NCBI GenBank assembly: GCA_022601195.1
Contig: JAHZIX010000045.1
Coordinates: 628,884 to 692,883 of the forward strand
Direction: 5' to 3'
From: Deltaproteobacteria bacterium
GTDB taxonomy: Bacteria > Acidobacteriota > Thermoanaerobaculia > Multivoradales > JAHZIX01
DNA: 64,000 bases
Each line of letters starts with the position of its first letter. Positions within the stretch are counted from its first letter, which is position 1. The position numbers and the translations under genes were made by a program. The notes beneath the pieces were generated by a model. The model did no database searches, was not told the origin of the DNA, and was given only the letters and a program-made list of their open reading frames with translations. Below, in pieces: positions 17,389-27,177 of the stretch.

Positions 17389-20300
17389 ATGTCTCAAGCC
17401 CCTCAAATACCTTTGAACCTTCCGGCAGTTCTGATCTTTCTCTGGTCTGTCAATGAGGAAGAAGTCCCCCTGAAGGCGCAGAGTCTGAGTGTCGAAATTT
17501 TCCCCGGAGTCCACCGATTGGGACCCCGCTTGATCGCTCTACTGCCCATCGGCGGTGACGCAGCTGAGGTGGATCTTGGGATTCATCTTGCCATCAAGAT
17601 TCAACAGGAGCTGTCGGTCGGCACCCTCGTTCTTCCTGGAGAAGTTCAGCATAGTCTCGAGGGAGTTTCCTCGATCGCTGATCCGTTGCTGCAGGATCTG
17701 GAGCGCCAGCCACCCTCGGTAGATCCCGAGTCTGTCTATTTGACCGGCTACGCGGCGGGCCGTTTGGGTACAGGTTGGACTCTGGAATCCGCGGGTGAAT
17801 ACGGTGGCAAGCTGGTCTCCAAGGTAACGCTGTTACGGGTTGCGGGCCAGGTCGCGTCGCGGGAGCCCTGGCACAATCTGCAACTCCTGGGCAAAGTTAC
17901 CGACTATGTATCTCGGTCCGAATTGGAGCAGGCTCTCCTGAGCCAGGGGTCAAGTCCGGTATTGCGGGTGCAAGGTCCCATTGGTTGCGGCAAATCGCGA
18001 CTGGTGTGGAACACCTTGGGGCCGGGAGCTCGCCCGTTGCATGGTTTGCCAAGCCCTCCCCCTACCAGTGTCTGGCTCAATCTCCAGCCGCCTCGCTACG
18101 AGAGTCGACCATTGAGCTGGGAGCTCCTGAGAGCACTTTGCCAACTATTTGTTGACGAGTCCAAGGCGGACAGCCTGGACGACGCTGCGCAACGGCTTGG
18201 TTTGGAGGATGCTGCTGGTTGGGTACTGGGAGACTCGCCTCCGCCCACATCGAAGGAACTCGGGGAGATCGTGCTTTCGGCCTTTGCTGCCTGTGCCGGT
18301 GCCATCTCTAGGGGATTGCGCATCGTCTTCGACAACCTTCACTGTGCGCCAGCGGAAAGCCTAGAGTTTCTAGACTTCATCCTTCGTCACCGGGGGCCGG
18401 TCCGGGAGCTTCGCCTAGTCCTGATCAATCGCCTTGGAAATCCCTGGCCGGAAGCGGCTTCGAGTGCTCCCATGGTGCCGGTTTCTTCCATGACGGCCGA
18501 GCACTTCCTGAGTTTGGCAAAAAGTCTATTCGAAGGGCTTTCTCTCCCCAAGGGCGTCGAAGATCGCTTGCTCGAAGCCACCGGTGGATTGCCCTTAGCG
18601 CTGGAAGAAGGGCTGGTCAATCTCATTCACCGCAGACTCCTACGTCGTATCTATGGAAGTTTCTTCTTCAACGGCGGCAAGGATACGGACTATGCCCCTT
18701 CGGCTCGTTGGACTCAGCTCGTCGAGGCCGAGGCTCGTCGCCTAGGGGGCTCGGACGCGATGCGCCTACTGGCCCTTAGCGGTTTCGCTCTACCTCCTGG
18801 TGAGCTGGAGTCCGCAGCTTCTCTACTGGCGGTAAAAGTGAGTCCGAAATGGGAGAACCCCTATCTAGAGGCCGGTTGGGTACACCGTGCGTCCTCCCCC
18901 TGGGGAATGGGCCTCTATCCCGTTAGCGCGGCCATCCGGATGCCCCTTGCCGTTTCCGTAGAACCGAACGCAGCGAAAATCGCGCGTCGAACCATCGGCG
19001 AGATACTCGCCCATTCCAGTGACAGCCCGCAGGCTCGGTGGCAGGCCTACAACCTACTATCGGGCACGGAGGCGGCGGTACCTCCGATTCTGGAGCTGGC
19101 TCGTAGTCACGGTGTTGGCCCCGGCTCCGAAGAGCTGCTGGGAGGGATCGCCAAAGAGCTCGAAGCGCACCGCTCCCGGGGAGGAGATGCAGGGGTCGAG
19201 CTACAGCTTCTCTGGGTCCTACTCCCGATGGCCCGGCGTCTCAATCGCTTGGAGGATTTCGAGCAAGATCTCGAGCGGGCTCTGGAGATCAGTGCCGAGA
19301 GTCCGAAGAAACACCTGGCCTTTGCTAGCCTCAAAACCGAGGTCGACTTGCAGAAGGGGCGGTTAGCTCAAGGGGAGAGGACTCTTCGAAGTGCCTTGGA
19401 GCTGGTGGTAGAGGAAGATTCGGGTCGCCAGGCCCTCCTTCTTCTGCAGCTCGGCAGGCTGCAGATCCGCCAGGGCCGTTACGGCGAAGCGAGAGCTCTC
19501 ATGGAGCAACTCTTGCCAGTGCTCGAAAAACGCAAAGCGGTGGCGCAGATCGCATCTTGCCGGTTCCACCTGGGCAATATCGCTCTTCACGAGGACCGCC
19601 TAGAGGAGGCCTTCCAGCTGCATCGGGAAGCTCTCGAAGACCGGCGAAGAGAGGACAATTTCAAGGCTCTGGGGAGCTCTCTTTCAGCCCTTGGAGCGGT
19701 CACGACCGCGATGGGCAGCTACTCGAAAGCTCTGGGTTTCTACCGCAAAGCTCGGGAAGTTCTCGAGGAGCACGGCGAGCCTGGAGAAGTGAGCTTCGCT
19801 CTTCTCGGGAGTGGCCGGGTGCTGCAGCGCCTGGGCGACTACACAGGAGCTTCCCAGCCCCTGCGTCGAGCGTTGGCCCTGCGCAGTGCCGGGTCCGATC
19901 CTGTCGGCGAAGCCATTTCCCGCATGTTCCTGGCCTTCAATTGCCTCGAATTGGGTCAGTTGGATGAGGCTCTGACAGAAACTCGCCGGGCTAGCTTCAA
20001 TTTGAGGCTAGGCCCCGAAGTTTCGCAGCTCGGAGACGCCGAGCAGCTCCTGGGTCGTATCCGCATTCGAATGCGACAACTTCAGCAGGGGCAGGAGCAC
20101 CTAGAGGCGGCGCACGAAATTCATCGGCGTCAACGAGATGCAAGCCGGGCACTCGTGGATCTCAGCTGGCAGCTCAAGGTGGCTCTTCTGGAGGAGAACG
20201 TCGAAGAGATTCTTCGCCTCTACCGAAGGGTGGCCGCTGAGCGCCAAGATCTCAAGCCCTCCGAGCGCGAGGAGACGGTCGACTTTCTCCTTTTTGAAGC

Positions 20301-20490
20301 GGCGGATTGGCTACGGGACAAGGCCATGGCCATCAACGGAGATCCGGTCATCCATCTCCGGCAGGCTTACCAGGAGCTTTCCCGCAAGGCGATGTTATTG
20401 AACACGGAATTACGCCATCGGTTTCTCTTCCAGGTCCCCGCCAACGCGGCCATCGTTCAAGCGGCAACAGAGAGAAATCTAACTCTGTAG
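17389..20490 (+). CDS. STAND-type signalling NTPase with a degenerate cyclase-like N-terminal region and C-terminal TPR repeats
   Basis: P-loop VQGPIGCGKSRLVWN. The N-terminal ~150 aa are weakly class-III-cyclase-like (IGGDAAEV...LSVGTLVLPGEV). The C-terminal third is TPR-like (LGNIALHEDRLEEAFQLHREALE, LGSGRVLQRLGDYTGA). Confidence 0.5.
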   Translation: MSQAPQIPLNLPAVLIFLWSVNEEEVPLKAQSLSVEIFPGVHRLGPRLIALLPIGGDAAEVDLGIHLAIKIQQELSVGTLVLPGEVQHSLEGVSSIADPLLQDLERQPPSVDPESVYLTGYAAGRLGTGWTLESAGEYGGKLVSKVTLLRVAGQVASREPWHNLQLLGKVTDYVSRSELEQALLSQGSSPVLRVQGPIGCGKSRLVWNTLGPGARPLHGLPSPPPTSVWLNLQPPRYESRPLSWELLRALCQLFVDESKADSLDDAAQRLGLEDAAGWVLGDSPPPTSKELGEIVLSAFAACAGAISRGLRIVFDNLHCAPAESLEFLDFILRHRGPVRELRLVLINRLGNPWPEAASSAPMVPVSSMTAEHFLSLAKSLFEGLSLPKGVEDRLLEATGGLPLALEEGLVNLIHRRLLRRIYGSFFFNGGKDTDYAPSARWTQLVEAEARRLGGSDAMRLLALSGFALPPGELESAASLLAVKVSPKWENPYLEAGWVHRASSPWGMGLYPVSAAIRMPLAVSVEPNAAKIARRTIGEILAHSSDSPQARWQAYNLLSGTEAAVPPILELARSHGVGPGSEELLGGIAKELEAHRSRGGDAGVELQLLWVLLPMARRLNRLEDFEQDLERALEISAESPKKHLAFASLKTEVDLQKGRLAQGERTLRSALELVVEEDSGRQALLLLQLGRLQIRQGRYGEARALMEQLLPVLEKRKAVAQIASCRFHLGNIALHEDRLEEAFQLHREALEDRRREDNFKALGSSLSALGAVTTAMGSYSKALGFYRKAREVLEEHGEPGEVSFALLGSGRVLQRLGDYTGASQPLRRALALRSAGSDPVGEAISRMFLAFNCLELGQLDEALTETRRASFNLRLGPEVSQLGDAEQLLGRIRIRMRQLQQGQEHLEAAHEIHRRQRDASRALVDLSWQLKVALLEENVEEILRLYRRVAAERQDLKPSEREETVDFLLFEAADWLRDKAMAINGDPVIHLRQAYQELSRKAMLLNTELRHRFLFQVPANAAIVQAATERNLTL

Positions 20491-20614
20491 CAGGCTGCTG
20501 ACAAAGTCACTCCCTGCAGCTCAGAACCTTCCAGGTGAGGCTTGGGTAGGCTGTCCAACCCTTTCGGGGCAAGAGTGAAGAGCTCTTGGCGCTCCGCCTC
20601 AAGTATCGCGTTGC

Positions 20615-21292
20615 CTACCTTTTGAGGTCGATTTGTTTTAGGAGCTCCAGGGCTTCCGTGAGGTGGCGCATCTGCTGTTTTCGGTCCTGCACTTCGGTGC
20701 GCAGCCCTTCCAGAGTATCTGTGAGTTCCTCGAGCTGACGGCCTCGCACGGCCAGCTGCTCGTCCCGTGCTTGTTTTTCCGCTTCTGCCCTCGCCTGAGC
20801 GTCGGTCGCCACTGCCAGATCTCTGCGCAGGGTGGCTACCATCTCCTGGCTTTTTTCCATCTCTCGGCTCAATTCCCCGACTCTTCTCTCTAAGTAGAAG
20901 GCGTAGGCCACTAAAGAGGCAAAGGGGCTTCCCGGGTCCTCTTCTACCAGGCGGTCAAAAGTGCTGCGAGCCGCTTCGGGGTCATGAGCTTTGCTCTCCG
21001 GAGAGAGATACATCAGCGCCAGGCGGAAGAGGATCTTGGCTTTGTGGGGACTCGAAGGGTTAGAGGCCAAGTAGGCTTCATAGGCCTGGGCAGCCTGCGG
21101 AAAAGACTTGGCTTCGAAGGCCCGATCGGCATCTGTAAAGGCGGTACTGCAGGCGGTGGTGATCCAGCCGAGGCCAAGGAGAAGGCAGACGGAGAGGTAC
21201 CCTGAGGTACGCCGCGTTCTCCACCACCGCAAAGCTAGGCACAGGGTCTGGCGTTGGGGTGAGGAGCCTCGTCGACTCTGCGGGCTCTCCAT
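20615..21292 (-). CDS. hypothetical TPR-like/coiled-coil protein, possible lipoprotein
   Basis: Hydrophobic stretch ending in TTAC. TPR-like AAQAYEAYLASNPSSPHKAKILFRLALMYL. C-terminal coiled coil. Confidence 0.4.
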   Translation of the reverse strand: MESPQSRRGSSPQRQTLCLALRWWRTRRTSGYLSVCLLLGLGWITTACSTAFTDADRAFEAKSFPQAAQAYEAYLASNPSSPHKAKILFRLALMYLSPESKAHDPEAARSTFDRLVEEDPGSPFASLVAYAFYLERRVGELSREMEKSQEMVATLRRDLAVATDAQARAEAEKQARDEQLAVRGRQLEELTDTLEGLRTEVQDRKQQMRHLTEALELLKQIDLKR

Positions 21293-21501
21293 GGTTCCGC
21301 GACTCTATTACACCCGAGGGAGAAAGCTAAGTCCGTTGGTGGTCCTGCCGGCATTTCTGTCGGCAGCTCTCTCGGGCTCGGGCCGGAGCCCGTTGGGTTG
21401 CCTTGGAGCAGGGGGCCTTCTAGATGGATTGGCTTGCCAGCGCCTTCTTGTCCATCTCGGCCATCGTCTCCATCTCGTCATAGCTATTCTGCTACAGCCT
21501 G

Positions 21502-22158
21502 CTATCTCGCCAGATAGGCCTCTAGCTGTTGCCGGTCTTGGGCTGTCAGGAGGTCGTCGGAAAGTAGGAAATTCTCCCCTTCCTCCGGTAGTGGTACGGC
21601 GGCTTCCGCCAGGGAACGTTCCAACTCGGAGCAGCCAAACCCCAAGGGAATGAGCATGGAGAAGCGCTTGCAGGTTTCGACGAGAGAGGTGGCTAGGCGG
21701 CTTCGAATTTTCAGTTTGATCTCCGCTGGTAACTCGACGACCGTAACCTCGTAACCCTTGTCAACTCTCTGCAATCGGATCTGTCCTTCGAGAAATAGGG
21801 TCTGGTGCGGGAGTTGGACGTCGTCTTCTAAGTCCGTTGAGACTCCCGAGATAATCAGATCTGCCTCCAACTGGCCTTCACCGGCCACCTCGAGGGTCAA
21901 AAAGGCGCGGTGTACGCCTCCATCCAAGGGTTGGAGGTTCAACTGATGGCTCATGAGCTCGACTTCGTTGGAGGGGGAGCGCAACTGGATCGTCACCAGG
22001 CCCCTTCGGACGGGAGCGATGTCCGGGTTGGGGTTGTTGTAGACGCCATTGATGAGATCGAAGTGAAAATCTTCTCCCTCCTCGGCGGCGACTACCGGCC
22101 AGCCGAGGAGAATGAAAAAGAAGGTGGCGGCGGCCACCGATAGGACGGTCCACTTCAT
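21502..22158 (-). CDS. secreted hypothetical protein
   Basis: Signal peptide MKWTVLSVAAATFFFILLGWPVVAAEE. Its start overlaps the stop of the VWA gene. Confidence 0.45.
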   Translation of the reverse strand: MKWTVLSVAAATFFFILLGWPVVAAEEGEDFHFDLINGVYNNPNPDIAPVRRGLVTIQLRSPSNEVELMSHQLNLQPLDGGVHRAFLTLEVAGEGQLEADLIISGVSTDLEDDVQLPHQTLFLEGQIRLQRVDKGYEVTVVELPAEIKLKIRSRLATSLVETCKRFSMLIPLGFGCSELERSLAEAAVPLPEEGENFLLSDDLLTAQDRQQLEAYLAR

Positions 22159-24668
22159 TCGTAATACCCTCTCGTAGTGCGGGCCTTGAGGCCTCTTTTC
22201 TTCGTCTTGACCTCCACCGTGCGGTAAGTGCCAGGCTCCGCCTGATTCTTGGAAGCATAGGCGATCAAATACTGGCTGCGCAGTTCTGCTTCGATCGCTT
22301 CGTATACTCCTGCCAGCTCGTCGGCTTTCTTGATCAAGAAGGACTGCCCTCCGGTCTCGGCCGCGAGGCTTTTCAATTTATCGCGAATTCCCAGATCCAG
22401 CCCGCTGACTCCCAGACCGATGGTGTAGATCGCCACTCCGGAACGTCGAGCGTACTCCAGAGCGTCCCGAAACGAGATATGACTCGCTGTGTCGTCCCCA
22501 TCGGAAAGAACCACCAGGGCACGTCTTCCTCGCACTCCCCGAAAGTAGTAGAGGCTGTGAATGACCGCATCGTGAAGGGAGGTAAAGCCGGCAGCTAGAA
22601 GGCCCTCCAGGCTTCTCGACACCGCCTCGGAGTCGTTGGTGGGCGGCATGAGTAGTACCGGACGATCGGCGAAGCTGATGGCGAAGGCTTTGTCTCGACG
22701 GGTGAGGATGTTATCCACGAACCCGATGGCCGCCTGTTGCGCCTCGTAGATGGAATTTGCCATGGAGCCCGAGGTATCTATGGTGAGGCCAACGGTGAGA
22801 GGGAGATTTTCTACCAGCTCGAATTTTGAGATCACCTGCTTTTTTCCCTCTTCCAAGACTTCGAAGTCTTCCATGGCAAGCCCTGGCACCAGGCGACCCT
22901 CCCGATTGGTGACCGTGGTAAACAGCTCCACCAAGCTGACGTCGACTTCCTCCAGATAGTCAGGGCTGTTGAGGAACCGGACGTCCTCCGCACGGCTTTC
23001 GTCATCCAAGTAGGCAACGACGGTGAGGTAGGAGAGCTCGCTGACATCCGGAACGGTGATGGTCGATTCCCAAGGAGGAGACTCCAGAGTCGTGATCAAA
23101 GCATCGTTGACCAGGAACTCGACTCTCTCGACTCGTCTCTCCTCCGGCACGACGACCTCTGCTCGGGCAGTGATGGTGCCCGAGGAGGTGACTCCTCGCT
23201 TGGGCTCTAGGATTCTCGTTCGTAGAGCGCCCCTGGGCTGATTGAGAACCACCTCGTCGGTTAGCACCAGCTCACCGGCTGCGTCGTAGCCTTCGATCCG
23301 AATGACCTGTTCCGTGGGGAATTTGGTCAGCCTGACTTCCGCGGTAAACGGAGGTCGAGTACGGGTGAGTTGGACTTTGTCGTCGACCACGAAAACCACT
23401 TTGGTGATTCTCTCCCCCGCCACCAACGCTTCCGCTCTCCAAAGGCCCACCACAACATCGCTCTCCGGCGGCACCAAGACCAAGGCATCGGCTCCCGCCA
23501 GGCGCTCCATAGAGATCTGTTGGCCAACCGCCGCCACAACGTCATCGGCTCCCAGCTCGCTGCTCAAGTCCTCCGCTTCGGCGGGCACCGTAAAGCTGCG
23601 GTTGAGCCGAGCCTCGGTTCCCGCCACTTCGTCGGAGACCTTGAGCCGCAGTAGGAAGGAGCGATCCGGACGAAGGGCCCGTTCGACCACCAAGGCTACC
23701 GGTGCTGGTTCCTCCGGCGGGTTCAAGGTAAAGCGCACCCGAAAGGTGTCGAAAACCTTGCCATCCTGTTCCACGGACCCCTCCACCGACAGATCCAGCT
23801 CGTCTTCGTCCCCTTCCGTGGCGACTTCAAGGTTGGCGCTGTCCGGCAGGTTGACCGTCACCCGAGTCAACATACGTGGCCCTTTCAGCTTCGGGTATTG
23901 GATCTTGACGTCACCGATCTCCAGTATTCTCGGGACCTTCGGTTCCTCCTCGCTCAGAGCTTTGCTCGCCCAGGCACTGAGATCCGCTGGTGGGTCCAGG
24001 AATCGGGTCATGTCTCGGTCCAGAGGGCGATCTTCCATAAAGCCCGTAAGGCCCCTCACGCCGGTAACTTTGTCGAGAAATTTGGCTCTCTTGCAGAGTT
24101 GGTAGTCGAATCGTTTTCCAGTGATGTACTTCCGAAGCTCTTCCCATTGGTCGAGGAAGTACTCCATCTCCTGGGTGTAGAGAACTCGCTTCGAATCGGT
24201 AGGGACCCACAGGCGAAAGGGCTCATCCGGTCCTGGTTGGTAGATCACCAGGTAGGCAGGATTCTCCTCCGTACCGTAGTTCCATAGCTCCATGGGTCTG
24301 TAGACCAGGCCGCATTCGATCACTTCTCGCGATGGCGGTGGTCCCTGCAAGAACAACAACTGACTGCGGATCTCGCTGGGAGGCAAGTCGTTCGAGGTCA
24401 CGAGTAGTTGCCGTCGGCGAATGGCCTCCTTGAGGCCGCCGTCAGTGGCGGGAATCCGCTCCAAGAAGGAGTCGATGAAGAGCTCTCTTCCGACCTCGTC
24501 GAGACTAGCGAAGGCCTCCCGCTCTTCAGGATCGAGAAGAGATGCTGGGCCGTCCTGGTAGAAAGATCTCTGGGCTTCGGGCCACAGCACCGGATCTTCG
24601 GCGGCTACGAGCGGCGCTAGGGCCAGTAGCACCCAGAAAACCGCAGATATTCTGAAGGGCTGGTACAT
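22155..24668 (-). CDS. secreted von Willebrand factor A domain protein (acidobacterial VWFA-related type)
   Basis: Signal peptide. C-terminal VWA with MIDAS-like TIDTSGSM...SDGDDT...TIGLG. Confidence 0.65.
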   Translation of the reverse strand: MYQPFRISAVFWVLLALAPLVAAEDPVLWPEAQRSFYQDGPASLLDPEEREAFASLDEVGRELFIDSFLERIPATDGGLKEAIRRRQLLVTSNDLPPSEIRSQLLFLQGPPPSREVIECGLVYRPMELWNYGTEENPAYLVIYQPGPDEPFRLWVPTDSKRVLYTQEMEYFLDQWEELRKYITGKRFDYQLCKRAKFLDKVTGVRGLTGFMEDRPLDRDMTRFLDPPADLSAWASKALSEEEPKVPRILEIGDVKIQYPKLKGPRMLTRVTVNLPDSANLEVATEGDEDELDLSVEGSVEQDGKVFDTFRVRFTLNPPEEPAPVALVVERALRPDRSFLLRLKVSDEVAGTEARLNRSFTVPAEAEDLSSELGADDVVAAVGQQISMERLAGADALVLVPPESDVVVGLWRAEALVAGERITKVVFVVDDKVQLTRTRPPFTAEVRLTKFPTEQVIRIEGYDAAGELVLTDEVVLNQPRGALRTRILEPKRGVTSSGTITARAEVVVPEERRVERVEFLVNDALITTLESPPWESTITVPDVSELSYLTVVAYLDDESRAEDVRFLNSPDYLEEVDVSLVELFTTVTNREGRLVPGLAMEDFEVLEEGKKQVISKFELVENLPLTVGLTIDTSGSMANSIYEAQQAAIGFVDNILTRRDKAFAISFADRPVLLMPPTNDSEAVSRSLEGLLAAGFTSLHDAVIHSLYYFRGVRGRRALVVLSDGDDTASHISFRDALEYARRSGVAIYTIGLGVSGLDLGIRDKLKSLAAETGGQSFLIKKADELAGVYEAIEAELRSQYLIAYASKNQAEPGTYRTVEVKTKKRGLKARTTRGYYE

Positions 24669-24872
24669 GAGTCATCTCCTCGGGCGCCACAGGGTGTCCA
24701 TGGACATTTTCTACGGGGCAGGTCTTGCAAAAGTCTCGTTTCGGCCAACTAGGGTCGAAATTTCATGCACGGACGATGCCATGTTTCACGGCTGCTCACC
24801 TGTGCTGGAGTGCATACGGTGCCCCTTGGCAGTGGTCGCCCCGAGCACTACTATTGCGGAAAAGGAGGCGCC

Positions 24873-25883
24873 ATGCCTGAGGTTGAGCACAACACAAGGA
24901 TCAGTTCCTGGCAAGAGGGAGACCACGTTCAGGGCTTTGCTTTTCTGGCGAAGAAAGAACGCCGCCAGGATCGCAACGGCAAGGATTACCTGGACCTCGA
25001 GCTCGCCGATGACACGGGCTCCATGGTTGGAAAGGTCTGGGGTGGAAGCCCGGCTATCACTGCCGAGTTCGAGGCCCACCAGTTCGTTGCCTTCCGCGGC
25101 TCGGTGCGAAGTTACCGGGATCAGCTCCAGCTCAATGTGGACCATTGCCGTATCGCTACGGACGATGATCGCAAATATGGCTTCGATGAAAAGCTCCTCA
25201 TCCCGTCCACACGGGAGGACATCGATGATCTACAGACGCGACTACACGGGGTGCTCGAGAAAGTCGAGCGGCCCGTTCTGCGCCGTCTCGTCAAAGAGAC
25301 TCTGGAAGTGCACGGAGAGGCCCTGCGGGTGCACCCTGCGGCCAAGATGATGCACCACGCCTATTTGGGTGGCCTGCTGGAGCACACGGTATCCATGGCC
25401 GAGCTGGCCGCCAATATCTGCTCCCACTATCGCTACTTGGACCAGGATCTGATCCTGGTTGGAATCCTCTTTCATGATTTAGGGAAGATCCACGAGCTGG
25501 GAGCGATGCCGGCCAACGACTACACCAAAGCCGGCCGCCTCGTGGGCCATGTGGTCATCGGTTGGGACCTACTTCGGGAGCGTTGCAAGGCCATCGAAGA
25601 CTTTCCCGAGGACTTACAGCTTCATCTCGAGCATTTGGTGCTGTCCCACCAGGGCAAGAAAGAGTACAGCGCCGCCGTGGAGCCCATGACCGCCGAAGCC
25701 CTGGCCCTCCACTTCATCGACGACCTAGATTCCAAGCTGGCCCAGGTGATTCAGGCACGGGAGAAGGACGAGCCGATGCAGTTTCTCAAGGGCTTGGGAC
25801 GTTACTTCTTTGTCTCCGAGGGTCTCGAGGCCGCAGCAGGGCCGGAGTCCGAGGAAACTTCCGATTCGACTACGGATCCGTAG
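24873..25883 (+). CDS. YhaM-like 3'-5' exonuclease (OB-fold + HD domain)
   Basis: OB-fold (GDHVQGFAFLAKKERRQDRNGKDYLDLELADDTG), HD motif (HHAYLGGLLEHT...LFHDLGK). AAAGGAGG SD before ATG 24873; the track ORF starts at 24765. Confidence 0.75.
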   Translation: MPEVEHNTRISSWQEGDHVQGFAFLAKKERRQDRNGKDYLDLELADDTGSMVGKVWGGSPAITAEFEAHQFVAFRGSVRSYRDQLQLNVDHCRIATDDDRKYGFDEKLLIPSTREDIDDLQTRLHGVLEKVERPVLRRLVKETLEVHGEALRVHPAAKMMHHAYLGGLLEHTVSMAELAANICSHYRYLDQDLILVGILFHDLGKIHELGAMPANDYTKAGRLVGHVVIGWDLLRERCKAIEDFPEDLQLHLEHLVLSHQGKKEYSAAVEPMTAEALALHFIDDLDSKLAQVIQAREKDEPMQFLKGLGRYFFVSEGLEAAAGPESEETSDSTTDP

Positions 25884-25932
25884 CTGTCTCCGTCCCCATC
25901 TTGAGTCCGTCCCTCTCGGGCGCCTTACCAAC

Positions 25933-26979
25933 CTAGCTCGCTGGGTGAATCCCGCCGCGCAGACTTCCAGCCAAGGTCTGACCAAAGCTGCCGGAAAAAC
26001 TTTGCGGTAGTGGTCGGCTGTTGGGCACCGAAAGCCAGATGCGCAGGAGGAGGCGGTGCCGGGCAGGGTCGTCATGGTTCTCGAAAGCCCCTCTGGAATG
26101 GAAGTTGGTGAAATTGTTCACAAACAGCATGTCTCCGGGCTCTTGAGTGAAGGAGTAGTGAAAGGAAGGGTCCGTGCACAGGGCATCCAGGGTGTCCAGG
26201 GCCTTTTTCTGCTGCCTGGTCATGTCAGGAAGCTCCGGAAGTTGGTAAGCGCGGTCGATGAGGACCCGCAGAATGTAGCTGACGAACCGACCCTCGACTT
26301 GGGCAAATACGGGCTGAAAACACCAAAGGTCGTCGTTGGCGAGATCCACGTTGTGGGTCTTGTAGTACCAGCTCTGGTACAGCAAGGCGAGGAGGTCCGG
26401 GTGGTGACGGAGCATTTCGTTGTGGATGGCGGGAGAACTCACTAGATAGCTCTCACCACCCTTCTTCGCTTGGTGAATGCACAGGAAGCCGATGACATCG
26501 CAGCGGTCGCAATGAAAGTTCAGGGCACGCCGGGTGTTGGGGCCTCGTACCCGCGAGTCACCTTTCGACAAGCCCGCATCTTGGACGTGGAAGATTTTCT
26601 CGCCCTGGGCGCTTTGGGAAATTGGGGTCCCCAGATACTGAGAGAGCCCCCAGAAGACCCGACGATTCCCCTCCAGAGTGTGCTCTCCCACCGGCCAGCC
26701 GCGCATCAAGAAGCTCCCACACCCGTGCTCAAGGCTGTTCTGTGCTGCACCAAGTTGCCCTGCCAAGGTAGGTAGGAGGAAGTTCTTCACCGTGATGTCT
26801 TGGAGGGGCACTTCGTCTCGCTGGGTGCTCTCCAAGGCTGCCCGAATCTCCTGGCATTCCCCTTCAGATAGTGTGTGTTGCCAGTCGGATCGCTCAGCGA
26901 GCTCTCCGCCTCGCCACAGAGCGGGGCCTTCAAATGGCTGGATGGGCGATGGAGAGGCCGGTTCTTTGTTTGTGCTCAT
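25933..26979 (-). CDS. TauD/TfdA-family Fe(II)/2-oxoglutarate dioxygenase
   Basis: HxD facial triad context (LNFHCDRCD), distal His (FTNFHSRGAF), 348 aa. Confidence 0.7.
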   Translation of the reverse strand: MSTNKEPASPSPIQPFEGPALWRGGELAERSDWQHTLSEGECQEIRAALESTQRDEVPLQDITVKNFLLPTLAGQLGAAQNSLEHGCGSFLMRGWPVGEHTLEGNRRVFWGLSQYLGTPISQSAQGEKIFHVQDAGLSKGDSRVRGPNTRRALNFHCDRCDVIGFLCIHQAKKGGESYLVSSPAIHNEMLRHHPDLLALLYQSWYYKTHNVDLANDDLWCFQPVFAQVEGRFVSYILRVLIDRAYQLPELPDMTRQQKKALDTLDALCTDPSFHYSFTQEPGDMLFVNNFTNFHSRGAFENHDDPARHRLLLRIWLSVPNSRPLPQSFSGSFGQTLAGSLRGGIHPAS

Positions 26980-27177
26980 GAGGCAATTCTAGGCGTTGGG
27001 GCAGTCCGGCTGCCAACACAGGATACGGGGGTCGACAGAAACCGGGGAAAGGCTCTGGTATGGTCGCCGTCCAGTCCCGATCATCTAGTCCCGATCATCG
27101 GGCCTGCCGTGTAGCGCGGCGGTAGAACGATCCGTTTGCCGTTGAACCTCTCGACCCAACATTCATCAGAGGCACCC

